DNA of 45,326 bases from Bdellovibrionales bacterium (GTDB lineage: Bacteria > Bdellovibrionota > Bdellovibrionia > Bdellovibrionales > UBA1609). Below, one piece after another: positions 9,065 to 18,120 of this stretch (within the stretch, counting starts at the first letter, position 1; the number at the start of each line of letters is the position of its first letter). The notes under the pieces were generated by a model. It made no database searches. It saw only the letters and a program-made list of their open reading frames with translations, and was not told the origin of the DNA. Location: assembly GCA_027317865.1 (NCBI GenBank), contig DAHVQG010000017.1, forward strand, positions 1-45,326, written 5' to 3'. The position numbers and the translations under genes are program-made.

Positions 9065-10554
9065 TGGGTCGACTCAAACGTCTATTTATATACGCAGGAA
9101 TTTTAAGCCTGGTCGCTTTTGTTGGTAAAGCCGGGTTCGCCGACCAAGCGCAAATCGGACTTTTTACTTCGTGGACTTTTGTAAAAAGCGCGATGCAAAA
9201 TTACATCAAGGCTGTTTCAAACTACCACCAAATCGCTATTCCCGATCAAACATGGTCAATCGATCAGATCGACTGGCACATTCAAGGGATCAAACTCAGT
9301 TCAAATGCCGTATTAACGAATGGCACGTTAACGCCTTCAACATATACGGTCAGCGCGAGTAATTTAGGAATCAAAGTTAACGTAAAAAGCATCTGGGTTG
9401 ATCAAATCATCCACGAAACGCTTAATGGTGTGACGCTAAATATTCACCTGAAAGCCAATTGTGGCCCAATATCTCTCTTTGAACCGAATGCCCAGGCAAG
9501 CCTATTGATCAATTATAAATTTTTGCCGTATTCTGTTGAAGCAAGCGCCTCTTCGTTGAAACTTAACTGGCCGACAAAAAGTTGGGTTATTGCGCCGATT
9601 TCATGCCAAGGTCCGATAGGGTTTGCCTCGACTCTAACAAATGCACTTCAAAAGCAGTTGAATGATCCAAAACTCGTACAAAACTTTATGCTCCAAAAGA
9701 TCGATGCGGGCCTGAAACTTGGGTTAAGCGCAATCAATAATAAATTCAACGTACCAGTAACCGTTCACCTGCCCTATTTTCAACTCCCAATCACCATGAA
9801 ACTGCACAAGTTTCGAACCTTGAATTCGGGTATTCTCATTTCAAGTATCGTGTCTTGGCCGGGCCAGCCGCCCGTTTACTCAGGGCCACCGCTTCCGATT
9901 AAACAAATTAATTTTAACAGTTTCAGCGAGCCGGTGATACTGACGAACCAACAAGATTGGACAAGTCTACTTAAGACAGAACTCAATTCGCTGTCGATAC
10001 CAATCGCATATAATTTAAATAAAAATAGTTTGTTTGATAGCCTCCGGTCATCGGCTTTTTACGAGCTCTTTGTCTGGCCTGATTTGCTATGTTTTCATTC
10101 GAACAGTCCCTTCACGCTTATGATAAACAGGCCGCATCTTGATTCGTTTAAGTGGAAGAACAACGTCAATTTTCAATTTAGCGCGGATGACAGGGGATGG
10201 GTTAAAGCCTTTCGCGACGGTAGGTATTGGCGTTACCTAGATTTGAGCGCCGCCGCAAAACTCAACTTTAAGCCTCAAATCCGCGACGGTCTTTTTACGG
10301 CAAAAATTGCCGTCCGCAAAGATGAAATCAATTATCAATTTAGCCGTGGTTATATGGCTCGCTATAACAGCACCGATCAGTTTCTAAACACTATGTATTT
10401 ACAAAACGCGATTGCAAATTCGGGCGCGCCCTATACTTTTTCGTTTCAACTGCCGACGTTAGGTTTAAGCTTTTTCGGCACGGCCAAATTCGACGGCATA
10501 GAAGACAGTCAACCCAATTTGATTTCTATACCGTTAAAAATTAGTACTCCTTAG
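9064..10554 (+). CDS. Secreted beta-rich hypothetical protein, possibly BPI/LBP (TULIP)-like
   Basis: TGATG stop/start overlap with the GT2 gene; signal peptide; about 470 aa mature length with long amphipathic strands. The fold call is inference. Confidence 0.6.
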   Translation: MGRLKRLFIYAGILSLVAFVGKAGFADQAQIGLFTSWTFVKSAMQNYIKAVSNYHQIAIPDQTWSIDQIDWHIQGIKLSSNAVLTNGTLTPSTYTVSASNLGIKVNVKSIWVDQIIHETLNGVTLNIHLKANCGPISLFEPNAQASLLINYKFLPYSVEASASSLKLNWPTKSWVIAPISCQGPIGFASTLTNALQKQLNDPKLVQNFMLQKIDAGLKLGLSAINNKFNVPVTVHLPYFQLPITMKLHKFRTLNSGILISSIVSWPGQPPVYSGPPLPIKQINFNSFSEPVILTNQQDWTSLLKTELNSLSIPIAYNLNKNSLFDSLRSSAFYELFVWPDLLCFHSNSPFTLMINRPHLDSFKWKNNVNFQFSADDRGWVKAFRDGRYWRYLDLSAAAKLNFKPQIRDGLFTAKIAVRKDEINYQFSRGYMARYNSTDQFLNTMYLQNAIANSGAPYTFSFQLPTLGLSFFGTAKFDGIEDSQPNLISIPLKISTP

Positions 10555-11834
10555 AACCCGTAAGCTGCGGTCACATAACCGCGGCTTTGATTGTGCCAAA
10601 CACCAAAGAGCGAATTCGCCGGACCTCCGATCACTTCGGCCGCAAGAGATAACGACCAATGCTCGCCGAGCGTATCTTGCAGAGTAAGGTTGTCATAGTA
10701 AGAATGAAATTGAAAATCGTTGAGACCGGAATATTTGAGTAGGACGTTATCGCTCAACGGATAATACATGCCCCACAGTACCGCATTTTGAAATGGATCA
10801 GACAAATTCAGAATGCTTTGCGGTGGGCTTGGCATAACTCCGCGAGCATATTGTAGCGATAGAATAACGTTTTCGTCGCCAAGGACAATCGTGCGTTCAA
10901 GACCGGCGATAAATTGCTCCGACCAGCCGGGCAAAATCGCATTATTACCGACCGGCAAATCGTAGCGCCCGGCAATGCGATAGATCCAGGGGTTGTGATT
11001 GTATACAAACAAAGCTGAAACTGTACGTCTTAAATATTCAACCGGCTGCATTTGGACTGGGTTTGACATCTGCACGATTTTAATCGGTGAAGTCTCAATG
11101 ACATTGCCCTGTACATTGATATGAAATTGCGGAACTTGCGACTGCCCCTGAAACGCAGCCAAAGCGGCATCCCAAGAGTTGCCGTGAAATTGCAGCCGGC
11201 CACCGAAATTATTTTCGTCGGCGTGATTTAAAATTTCTGGCGACTCGATGTCGTAATCGAAATTTCCGGGCAAAAGAGCTTCTTCGCCGTTAAGGCTGAG
11301 TGGCAACGTCGTTGACCGCGGCCACCAACCCGTATAGGCCAGCGGCAATTTTGCCGGCGTTTGCCAGGGAACATAAAAAAACTGCCACGACCATGCCGTG
11401 AGACCGCGCGATTTTACAGCAATTCCCCAAGATCCTAGACTTTGCGAATTGATCGGATCGCGATACGACTTGATGGTAGCGATATCCATTGGATTAATGC
11501 CATCAGTTCCGGCCCACTCCTTTATGAAACTGCCTATTTCTAGATAAAGGTCGTTAGTCCGCGTCTCAAGATAAGTATTTCGGCCGTCAATATCGACATC
11601 AAAGGCCCCAGGCTGTGGAGCATCATACAGTCGAACACTGGGTTGCGCTTGCACAAGCCAACTGTCTGAGAGTGGTTTTCGATCTTCAATTTGCAATACC
11701 GCATTTGTATCGCTCTGTGGGACTGGCTTTGGCTCATTATTCAAATAAGCGTTTTCACGAACTTTAATTCGCCCTGATAAAGCATAGGCGGGCGAGACGA
11801 AGATCGAGAGAAAAAGTAATACAAGAATTTTCAT
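10551..11834 (-). CDS. Outer-membrane beta-barrel protein (DUF1302-like)
   Basis: Signal peptide from ATG 11834; W...DGINPMD motif; alternating strands; C-terminal YVTAAYGF beta-signal. Confidence 0.7.
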   Translation of the reverse strand: MKILVLLFLSIFVSPAYALSGRIKVRENAYLNNEPKPVPQSDTNAVLQIEDRKPLSDSWLVQAQPSVRLYDAPQPGAFDVDIDGRNTYLETRTNDLYLEIGSFIKEWAGTDGINPMDIATIKSYRDPINSQSLGSWGIAVKSRGLTAWSWQFFYVPWQTPAKLPLAYTGWWPRSTTLPLSLNGEEALLPGNFDYDIESPEILNHADENNFGGRLQFHGNSWDAALAAFQGQSQVPQFHINVQGNVIETSPIKIVQMSNPVQMQPVEYLRRTVSALFVYNHNPWIYRIAGRYDLPVGNNAILPGWSEQFIAGLERTIVLGDENVILSLQYARGVMPSPPQSILNLSDPFQNAVLWGMYYPLSDNVLLKYSGLNDFQFHSYYDNLTLQDTLGEHWSLSLAAEVIGGPANSLFGVWHNQSRGYVTAAYGF

Positions 11835-11904
11835 GAATCCAGTTGGCCCCCTATAAAACATTTTTCCATTGATTAATGCAGGTTGAGAACCTTATTTTGA
11901 TTAA

Positions 11905-12678
11905 ATGGGCCAAGCGTCGAAAAAAAAATTAATTGTAACGGTACTAGTAAGTCTGCTTTCATCTTTTTACTTCTTGCCGGCGGCTAGAGCCGATCAAGTT
12001 CATGAAATTCTTGAAAATGCGCGTCGCAAATTGGAATCTAAAAGCGACCAAGCCCACGTTGTTCTTAGAATAATCGAAACCGACGGTGAGAAAAAGACGC
12101 TTGAAATGAATATCCAAACATTAATCAGCCGCGGCGGGTTTCGAGCCATTGTTAGAATGACCGCGCCAGCTGGCGACAAAGGCACCGCGCTTTTAACGAT
12201 CGTACACGGTGCAAAAACCAAACAATGGCTGTATTTGCCGGCGAGTAACCAAATTCGTCGAATCGCAGTCGCAAACAAGTCAGCGGGCGTTCTTGGCTCT
12301 GAACTTTCGCCTGAAGATCTAAACCCGGCAGCGATAACCGGCGCGAAGGCGAAGCTTATCAGTCAAAACGCAAAAATGGCGGAGGTGCAAATTACCCCCT
12401 CCAAAGGGTCGAGCATCTACTCTAAAGCGGACATTTATTTTTCCCTCCCAAGTTATTTGCCCGAAAAAACGGATTATTACATCGGCAAGAACCTGCAAAA
12501 AACTGTACAGTTTGAAAATTACAAAGTGTTCTTAGGTCACATTTATCGCGCGTGTTACATTAAAATTTGGAACGTCGTTAAAAAACGCGGAACAAACGTG
12601 CGGCTGTCACACATTATTGTGAATGGAAATTTAACTCGCCGGGATTTTACGCCCGATGCCTTAAAAAACGTATGGTAA
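11905..12678 (+). CDS. LolA-like 'outer membrane lipoprotein-sorting' protein
   Basis: Signal peptide; P..DKGTALL, QWLYLPA..QIRRI, LGSELS.EDL; C-terminal FTP.AL. Confidence 0.85.
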   Translation: MGQASKKKLIVTVLVSLLSSFYFLPAARADQVHEILENARRKLESKSDQAHVVLRIIETDGEKKTLEMNIQTLISRGGFRAIVRMTAPAGDKGTALLTIVHGAKTKQWLYLPASNQIRRIAVANKSAGVLGSELSPEDLNPAAITGAKAKLISQNAKMAEVQITPSKGSSIYSKADIYFSLPSYLPEKTDYYIGKNLQKTVQFENYKVFLGHIYRACYIKIWNVVKKRGTNVRLSHIIVNGNLTRRDFTPDALKNVW

Positions 12679-12681
12679 ATA

Positions 12682-13161
12682 ATGGCTAGCGCGCTTTACT
12701 TCGGTTTTCTTCTGATACTCGCCTATTTTTTTGCCAACGTCGAAGTGCAAATCGAAGGCACCGCCGGATGGGCCCAAAATTTGCCGACATGGCGAATTGA
12801 GAAACACTGGCTGCTTGATATATTTTTTGGCGGTCGCCCAATGACCGGATATCACGCTTGGGTTTTAAGTTTTGTTATTTTATTTTTTCACATTCCGTTT
12901 TTCTTTTTTCATCATTGGAGCCCGTGGCTTGAGGCCCGCGTGATCGGCGGATTTATTATATTTTGGATCGCCGAAGATTTTTTATGGTTTGTGATCAACC
13001 CCGGCTACGGCATTAAAAAGTTCAAAAAAAAATATATCCCCTGGCATCCGAAATGGTTTTTAATCGCGCCCATAGAATATTGGATTTTTTTACCAATCGG
13101 TTGCGCTTTAATATTATGCTCGAACATCCACGTTTTATTCAGCGTGGTGCACGCGGCCTAG
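12682..13161 (+). CDS. Conserved small integral membrane protein
   Basis: About four hydrophobic segments; EVQIEG..GWA.NLPTWR, TGYH, EDFLWF.INP, IPWH. Confidence 0.7.
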   Translation: MASALYFGFLLILAYFFANVEVQIEGTAGWAQNLPTWRIEKHWLLDIFFGGRPMTGYHAWVLSFVILFFHIPFFFFHHWSPWLEARVIGGFIIFWIAEDFLWFVINPGYGIKKFKKKYIPWHPKWFLIAPIEYWIFLPIGCALILCSNIHVLFSVVHAA

Positions 13162-14129
13162 CGATTAACGGTACTCATATTCGCGTACCGGTCCCCCGCC
13201 GTTTTTTGCCGCGGCATTATGCTATCGATTTCAGATTTCGACAGACGAACTTCAACAGCGCCTAGATTCTCTTCAATCCGGTTGCGCTTTTTCGTACCTG
13301 GTATTGGCACAATATCTTCACCTTGCGCGAGTACCCACGCTAAGGCGACCTGCGCAGGAGTGACATTTTTCTTCTTCGCAATTTCTTCGATATTTTTAAC
13401 AATCTCAAGATTCTTATAAAAATTGTCGCTCTGAAAACGCGGATGGCTCCTGCGGCTATCATCAGCTGGCAGATCATCGGGCTTTTTAAATCGACCGGTG
13501 AGAAAACCACGACCTAGAGGGCTATAGGCAACATAACCGATACCCAGCTCGCGCACGGTAGGCAAAATTTCAGATTCGCAATCGCGTGTCCACAGTGAAT
13601 ATTCGGTTTGCAAAGCCGAGATCGGAAAAACCTTGTGCGCCCGGCGAATGCTTTCGGGCTTTGCTTCAGAGAGCCCGAGATACCGAACTTTACCTTGCTG
13701 TACAAGCTTCGCCATTGTTCCAACAGTTTCTTCGATCGGCACATTCGTATCGACTCGATGTTGGTAATAAAGATCGATATGGTCAACGCCAAGACGTTTC
13801 AACGAAGCTTCGCAAGCCTTGATTACGTATTCAGGTCGGCCGTTTACCCCCAAAAATTTACCGTCGGCTGAGCGTTCATTGCCGAATTTTGTCGCGAGAA
13901 CGACTTTGTCGCGCTTACCTTTGATGGCCTTTCCGACCAGCTCTTCGTTTTTAAATGGCCCGTACATGTCGGCGGTATCGAGAAAATTAAGGCCCAGTTC
14001 AAGCGCGCGATGAATGGTGGCAATTGATTCTTTATCGTCACGGTCTGAATAAAAATCCGACATTCCCATGCAGCCAAGACCCATGCGAGATACCTTTAAA
14101 CCTTGACTGCCAAGCGCGACGGATTTCAT
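13158..14129 (-). CDS. Aldo/keto reductase
   Basis: [46 protein letters not shown]. Confidence 0.95.
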   Translation of the reverse strand: MKSVALGSQGLKVSRMGLGCMGMSDFYSDRDDKESIATIHRALELGLNFLDTADMYGPFKNEELVGKAIKGKRDKVVLATKFGNERSADGKFLGVNGRPEYVIKACEASLKRLGVDHIDLYYQHRVDTNVPIEETVGTMAKLVQQGKVRYLGLSEAKPESIRRAHKVFPISALQTEYSLWTRDCESEILPTVRELGIGYVAYSPLGRGFLTGRFKKPDDLPADDSRRSHPRFQSDNFYKNLEIVKNIEEIAKKKNVTPAQVALAWVLAQGEDIVPIPGTKKRNRIEENLGAVEVRLSKSEIDSIMPRQKTAGDRYANMSTVNR

Positions 14130-14277
14130 TTTTACCTCCTTAGTTTAAAAACCCTAAATAATTTTCAACTGCTCTAGAAAAAATCCGCCCGTCATGTTTT
14201 AAAGTCAACTCTACAGAGACGCCTCCTCGCCGTCGGTCAGGCGTCAAAACTGGGTGGGATATTTGGGGATGGGTAAA

Positions 14278-16902
14278 ATGGGTAAAACAATCTTGCGTAC
14301 GTTAGTGCTGTGCATATCAACTGCAATAACAGTGGCTATCCTTACCGGATGCGGCCGCCGCATGGCTTCGAAAGTCGCGCCCAAAAACATTGGCCAATCT
14401 TTTTCGGTCGTCCATCCTATAAAAAACCGCATGTTACTAGGGAGTAATCAACACGATTACATTTCAATAGACCGCGCGGCCTTGGGTAAAGAATTTCTTC
14501 TTCAAGGCGAACTGATAGATGAAATTCCCGTAGCTTGGGGCAACTCCATCAGGAGTCGAATTGTCACTTTCATTAAGCGCAATGACAACGTGGATATGCT
14601 TGAATCCGATACGGGCAATTCGGTAACCACCGAATTACCGCAAAGTCTGTTGCTGGCGAGCTTTCCAATTAAAAGCTCCGATAAACATAAGATCGTCTTT
14701 GATTTTAATACGGGCATGTCGCGACTTTTTGTCGAATCGGACATGGCCATGTCCGATTTCGCCGGGTCAAAATATAACCAAAATCAAGAATTCCAAAGTG
14801 TCGGGATCAATAACAGCTACATTGCCAGTGCACGCGTTGAAGATACAAACACCGTACACCGACTAGTTATCAGACAAATTGCCCAACTCAGCGCCGGTGA
14901 CAATAACGGTGTCTCAGTACCGGTCGAAGTGCGATATTATTTGTCGCCCTATCGTCCCGATCCGACTTATAAACCGTTTCAACATTTCGACAACTTCACG
15001 CATTACGGCTATTTTGAAGTTCAACCGCAAATGACGAGCGAAGGCGATTCCATCCAATACGCAGAACGGTGGAATCCACGCAAGTTGCCAATCGTTTACG
15101 CGATTTCGGCCAACACTCCACCGCAATTTTTGCAAGCGGTAAAAGACGGAGCACTCTATTGGAACCACGTACTCGGTCGCCCCATCATTAAACTTGTCAT
15201 GGCGCCAAAAGGCATTACAGCGCCCAACCCAGATTACAATATGATTCAGTGGGTGCCCTACAATACCGCGCCGATGTCGTACGCCGATATACAAGCGGAC
15301 CCGCGCACGGGTGAAATTCTTCACGCGCAGGTTTATATTACCAGCGCGTTTGTCGCGAACAGCATCGACAACGTCCGATATGATATTCTTCAGTTAATCG
15401 CTTCCAGTACTCATCCCCAGCACGTTTCAACTCCCACGGTTGGCCTTTCGGGGTTCATTAACAAACCACTATGCGATTATGATGGTACCGTCGGGTTGAA
15501 AGGCGCCATTACCTCGATGATTAAAACCAGCGCGAGCCCGACGATTATCGAGCAAGCCGCAGCCGATGAAATTCGCGTCACCGTCGCTCACGAGATTGGT
15601 CACACGCTAGGGCTTCGGCACAATTTTGCTGGTTCACTCGCGGCCAATTACACAATGTCGGAGCGCAATAATCTCATTCGGTCTTATCTTAAAACTGGCC
15701 GCACCCCTAAAGGTGTAATCATCACGAGCTCGGTGATGGATTACATGCGTGTCAGCGACGACTTTATGCTCGGCGACCAAATCGCTCATGGCATCGTTCT
15801 CAGTCATGATCGCGCCACTATTCGGTTCTTGTACGACGGAATTCGCCCGCAAAAATGGCCGCTTTATTGTACGGACTCAGCGCTAGGTCAACTTTACGAC
15901 TGCAAGCAATTTGATGCGGGTTCATCAGAAGTCGCTTACATGGCTTACCACTCCCGCCAATTTTTAAAGTATTTGCCTAATTTTCTAATTGAAACTTACA
16001 TCGGCGCGAAAACCCCCTATAGAAATCAACTGACCACCCCTGTTAACGAAGTGGTGCTGCCAAATCCGAAGTCGCTCGCCCATTACGTTTTGGCGCCTCG
16101 ACTCAGTCTCATGAAACAGTTTACTAAGGCGGCGGGGATCGTTTCCGTACAAAGGCAATTTGCGGCGGTCGGCGGATTCGACGCCAAAGCCATACAGTCG
16201 GCACAGGCAAAATACGTACTCAATCAAATCGAGCAAAATGGCGGGTTTAAAACTATTTTTGCATTTCTTCCTGACAATTTCACGCAGGTTGAAATGTCTC
16301 GCCTCAATGCTCTTCTGCAGGGCCGGTACCATCGCGGTATCGGATACAATAACCGGAATTTTGCATTTTCGCCTGCGGAGATGGCGACCATTGAAAACAA
16401 CTCGAGGTTATTTTTTAAAGCTTTTCAGCACGATTTTAACAAACAAAATTTAGCCCTCCTCGCTGGCAATGGAATGGGTAACCTCAAATTCTTGCGCGGG
16501 TCATTGTCTAATGCATTTGGGAATTTTTTAGCAAACGTCGAAACAACCATTCTCTTTAAAGCTTCTCCGGCTTCAGTCACAGTCCATGTCCATCGCTCAC
16601 TGCTGACTGCGCTTCGTTCAGCGAGCCTCTACACTTCAGCAACGGCCAACCTGTCGGTTTTCGACGATCCGCTCAATTTCAGGCTTACGGCTGCACGATT
16701 ATTGACAGCGTCGCGTAGCGTAGATCCGATGTGGATGTTTTATACGCGCGCCCGACTGAAATTTGCTTTTAATGATTTGTTGAAAAACTCGTTTGGCCTT
16801 GATCCCGCAACGTTAAATCTCGAAAATTTGCCACCGTATGCGTTGCAATGGTTAGCCGAAAACAAAAAGGTTCAAGCGATTCTCAACAATTCGGGGCCTT
16901 AA
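14278..16902 (+). CDS. Zinc-dependent metalloprotease lipoprotein (metzincin, DUF4953/DUF5117-type)
   Basis: Lipobox LTGC; HEIGHTLGLRHNF; Met-turn SSVMDY; DPRTGEILHA. Confidence 0.85.
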   Translation: MGKTILRTLVLCISTAITVAILTGCGRRMASKVAPKNIGQSFSVVHPIKNRMLLGSNQHDYISIDRAALGKEFLLQGELIDEIPVAWGNSIRSRIVTFIKRNDNVDMLESDTGNSVTTELPQSLLLASFPIKSSDKHKIVFDFNTGMSRLFVESDMAMSDFAGSKYNQNQEFQSVGINNSYIASARVEDTNTVHRLVIRQIAQLSAGDNNGVSVPVEVRYYLSPYRPDPTYKPFQHFDNFTHYGYFEVQPQMTSEGDSIQYAERWNPRKLPIVYAISANTPPQFLQAVKDGALYWNHVLGRPIIKLVMAPKGITAPNPDYNMIQWVPYNTAPMSYADIQADPRTGEILHAQVYITSAFVANSIDNVRYDILQLIASSTHPQHVSTPTVGLSGFINKPLCDYDGTVGLKGAITSMIKTSASPTIIEQAAADEIRVTVAHEIGHTLGLRHNFAGSLAANYTMSERNNLIRSYLKTGRTPKGVIITSSVMDYMRVSDDFMLGDQIAHGIVLSHDRATIRFLYDGIRPQKWPLYCTDSALGQLYDCKQFDAGSSEVAYMAYHSRQFLKYLPNFLIETYIGAKTPYRNQLTTPVNEVVLPNPKSLAHYVLAPRLSLMKQFTKAAGIVSVQRQFAAVGGFDAKAIQSAQAKYVLNQIEQNGGFKTIFAFLPDNFTQVEMSRLNALLQGRYHRGIGYNNRNFAFSPAEMATIENNSRLFFKAFQHDFNKQNLALLAGNGMGNLKFLRGSLSNAFGNFLANVETTILFKASPASVTVHVHRSLLTALRSASLYTSATANLSVFDDPLNFRLTAARLLTASRSVDPMWMFYTRARLKFAFNDLLKNSFGLDPATLNLENLPPYALQWLAENKKVQAILNNSGP

Positions 16903-16912
16903 AAACCTGTCG

Positions 16913-17638
16913 CTACCAAGCGATTTCTTTGCCGCTATAATCGAAAAAACGGCCGGTCTGCGCAAGGCCAGCTTCAGTAATGACTTTAAACAGGCCACGC
17001 GCTGATTCACGGGGCATGATGGGGGCTTGCGGCCCTCCCATATCCGTTCGTACCCAACCTGGGTGCAAAACAAGCGTCGTGACTTTTGGGTAATCAATTG
17101 AAAATGATTTGGCAAACATATTGAGCGCGGCTTTCGACATGCGATAGGCGTAGTAACCACCCGAACTATTGCCACTAATCGAACCCATCTGACTCGAAAT
17201 GCAAACAAGTTTTGGCTGAGAAGAACGCAATAGATTTGGTAAAAACTCTTGGGTAATAGCAACCGAACCGAGCGCATTAGTACGAATATTAAGTTCAATT
17301 TTCTCCAGCGGCAATTGCGTGAAGGTTTCATCGTCATCCAACATAATACCGGCGTTATTGATTAAAATATCGATCGGTTCATTTTCAATGCGCTCTTTAA
17401 CCTCACGAATTTCATTCAATTCCGTCACGTCACATTTTAAAATCAAAAGCTGCTCTTGATATTTTGGATTTTCTTTTACGGAGTGTTGCAGAGTGCGCGC
17501 CTGCATCGGGTCGCGAACCAATGCAATCACACGATGATTGTTTTCAAGTGCAAACAAAGACAACTCAAGACCGATGCCGCGATTCGCGCCCGTAATAAGA
17601 AACGTCATATTGTTTAACTTTGCGCTGACACCCGCCAT
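16913..17638 (-). CDS. Short-chain dehydrogenase/reductase, CsgA (C-factor)-like
   Basis: TGANRGIG, NNAG, SSQMGSI, YRMSK, LHPGWVRTDMGG. Alternative start at 17608. Confidence 0.9.
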   Translation of the reverse strand: MAGVSAKLNNMTFLITGANRGIGLELSLFALENNHRVIALVRDPMQARTLQHSVKENPKYQEQLLILKCDVTELNEIREVKERIENEPIDILINNAGIMLDDDETFTQLPLEKIELNIRTNALGSVAITQEFLPNLLRSSQPKLVCISSQMGSISGNSSGGYYAYRMSKAALNMFAKSFSIDYPKVTTLVLHPGWVRTDMGGPQAPIMPRESARGLFKVITEAGLAQTGRFFDYSGKEIAW

Positions 17639-17648
17639 AATTCAAGCA

Positions 17649-18110
17649 TTAATGAGGGAGCATTTTCGTAAGCCGCGCCCGCGAAAGTTTCTGTAAATCC
17701 TTTCGTATCCATTTCGAAACTTTCCGCTCAATAGGAGGGTTCATGGCCGCTCGTAGTTTGCCTAAAAAATGCGGCTCAGCAACAACGATGAGATCCGAAA
17801 ACGTTTTTTTGCGCCGTTCCTTCTGCAAATACTCGACGATTTGACGCGCAAATTGTTCGGCTGCTAATTCATGTGGATTACGGCGCTTCGCTTCGGCATA
17901 CCGCGCAGACGATCCGAATCGCCCCAACGATTTTACTCCCACCCCTTTTTCTTGATGAATCAATTCGCGCGTCTTCAATTTTCCGAGCGGGTTTTCAAAG
18001 GCACGTATAAGTTTAAATTGCTTTACTCCACGCGGGTTCGCCACGTTTGATATTTCGCTCAGCACACGGGCACCCCGTTGATTTGCAACTACATACCAAT
18101 GTCCAAACAT
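17649..18110 (-). CDS. Host-attachment family protein (baeRF/aeRF1-like fold)
   Basis: WYVVAN..GAR, EQFARQI..YL, LIVVAEPHFLGKLR, KDL. Confidence 0.85.
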   Translation of the reverse strand: MFGHWYVVANQRGARVLSEISNVANPRGVKQFKLIRAFENPLGKLKTRELIHQEKGVGVKSLGRFGSSARYAEAKRRNPHELAAEQFARQIVEYLQKERRKKTFSDLIVVAEPHFLGKLRAAMNPPIERKVSKWIRKDLQKLSRARLTKMLPH

Positions 18111-18120
18111 AAAACTCTCC

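Noticed and set aside
16913-17638. Myxobacterial C-signal (csgA) function
   Set aside because: This SDR subfamily is widespread and no developmental context is present.
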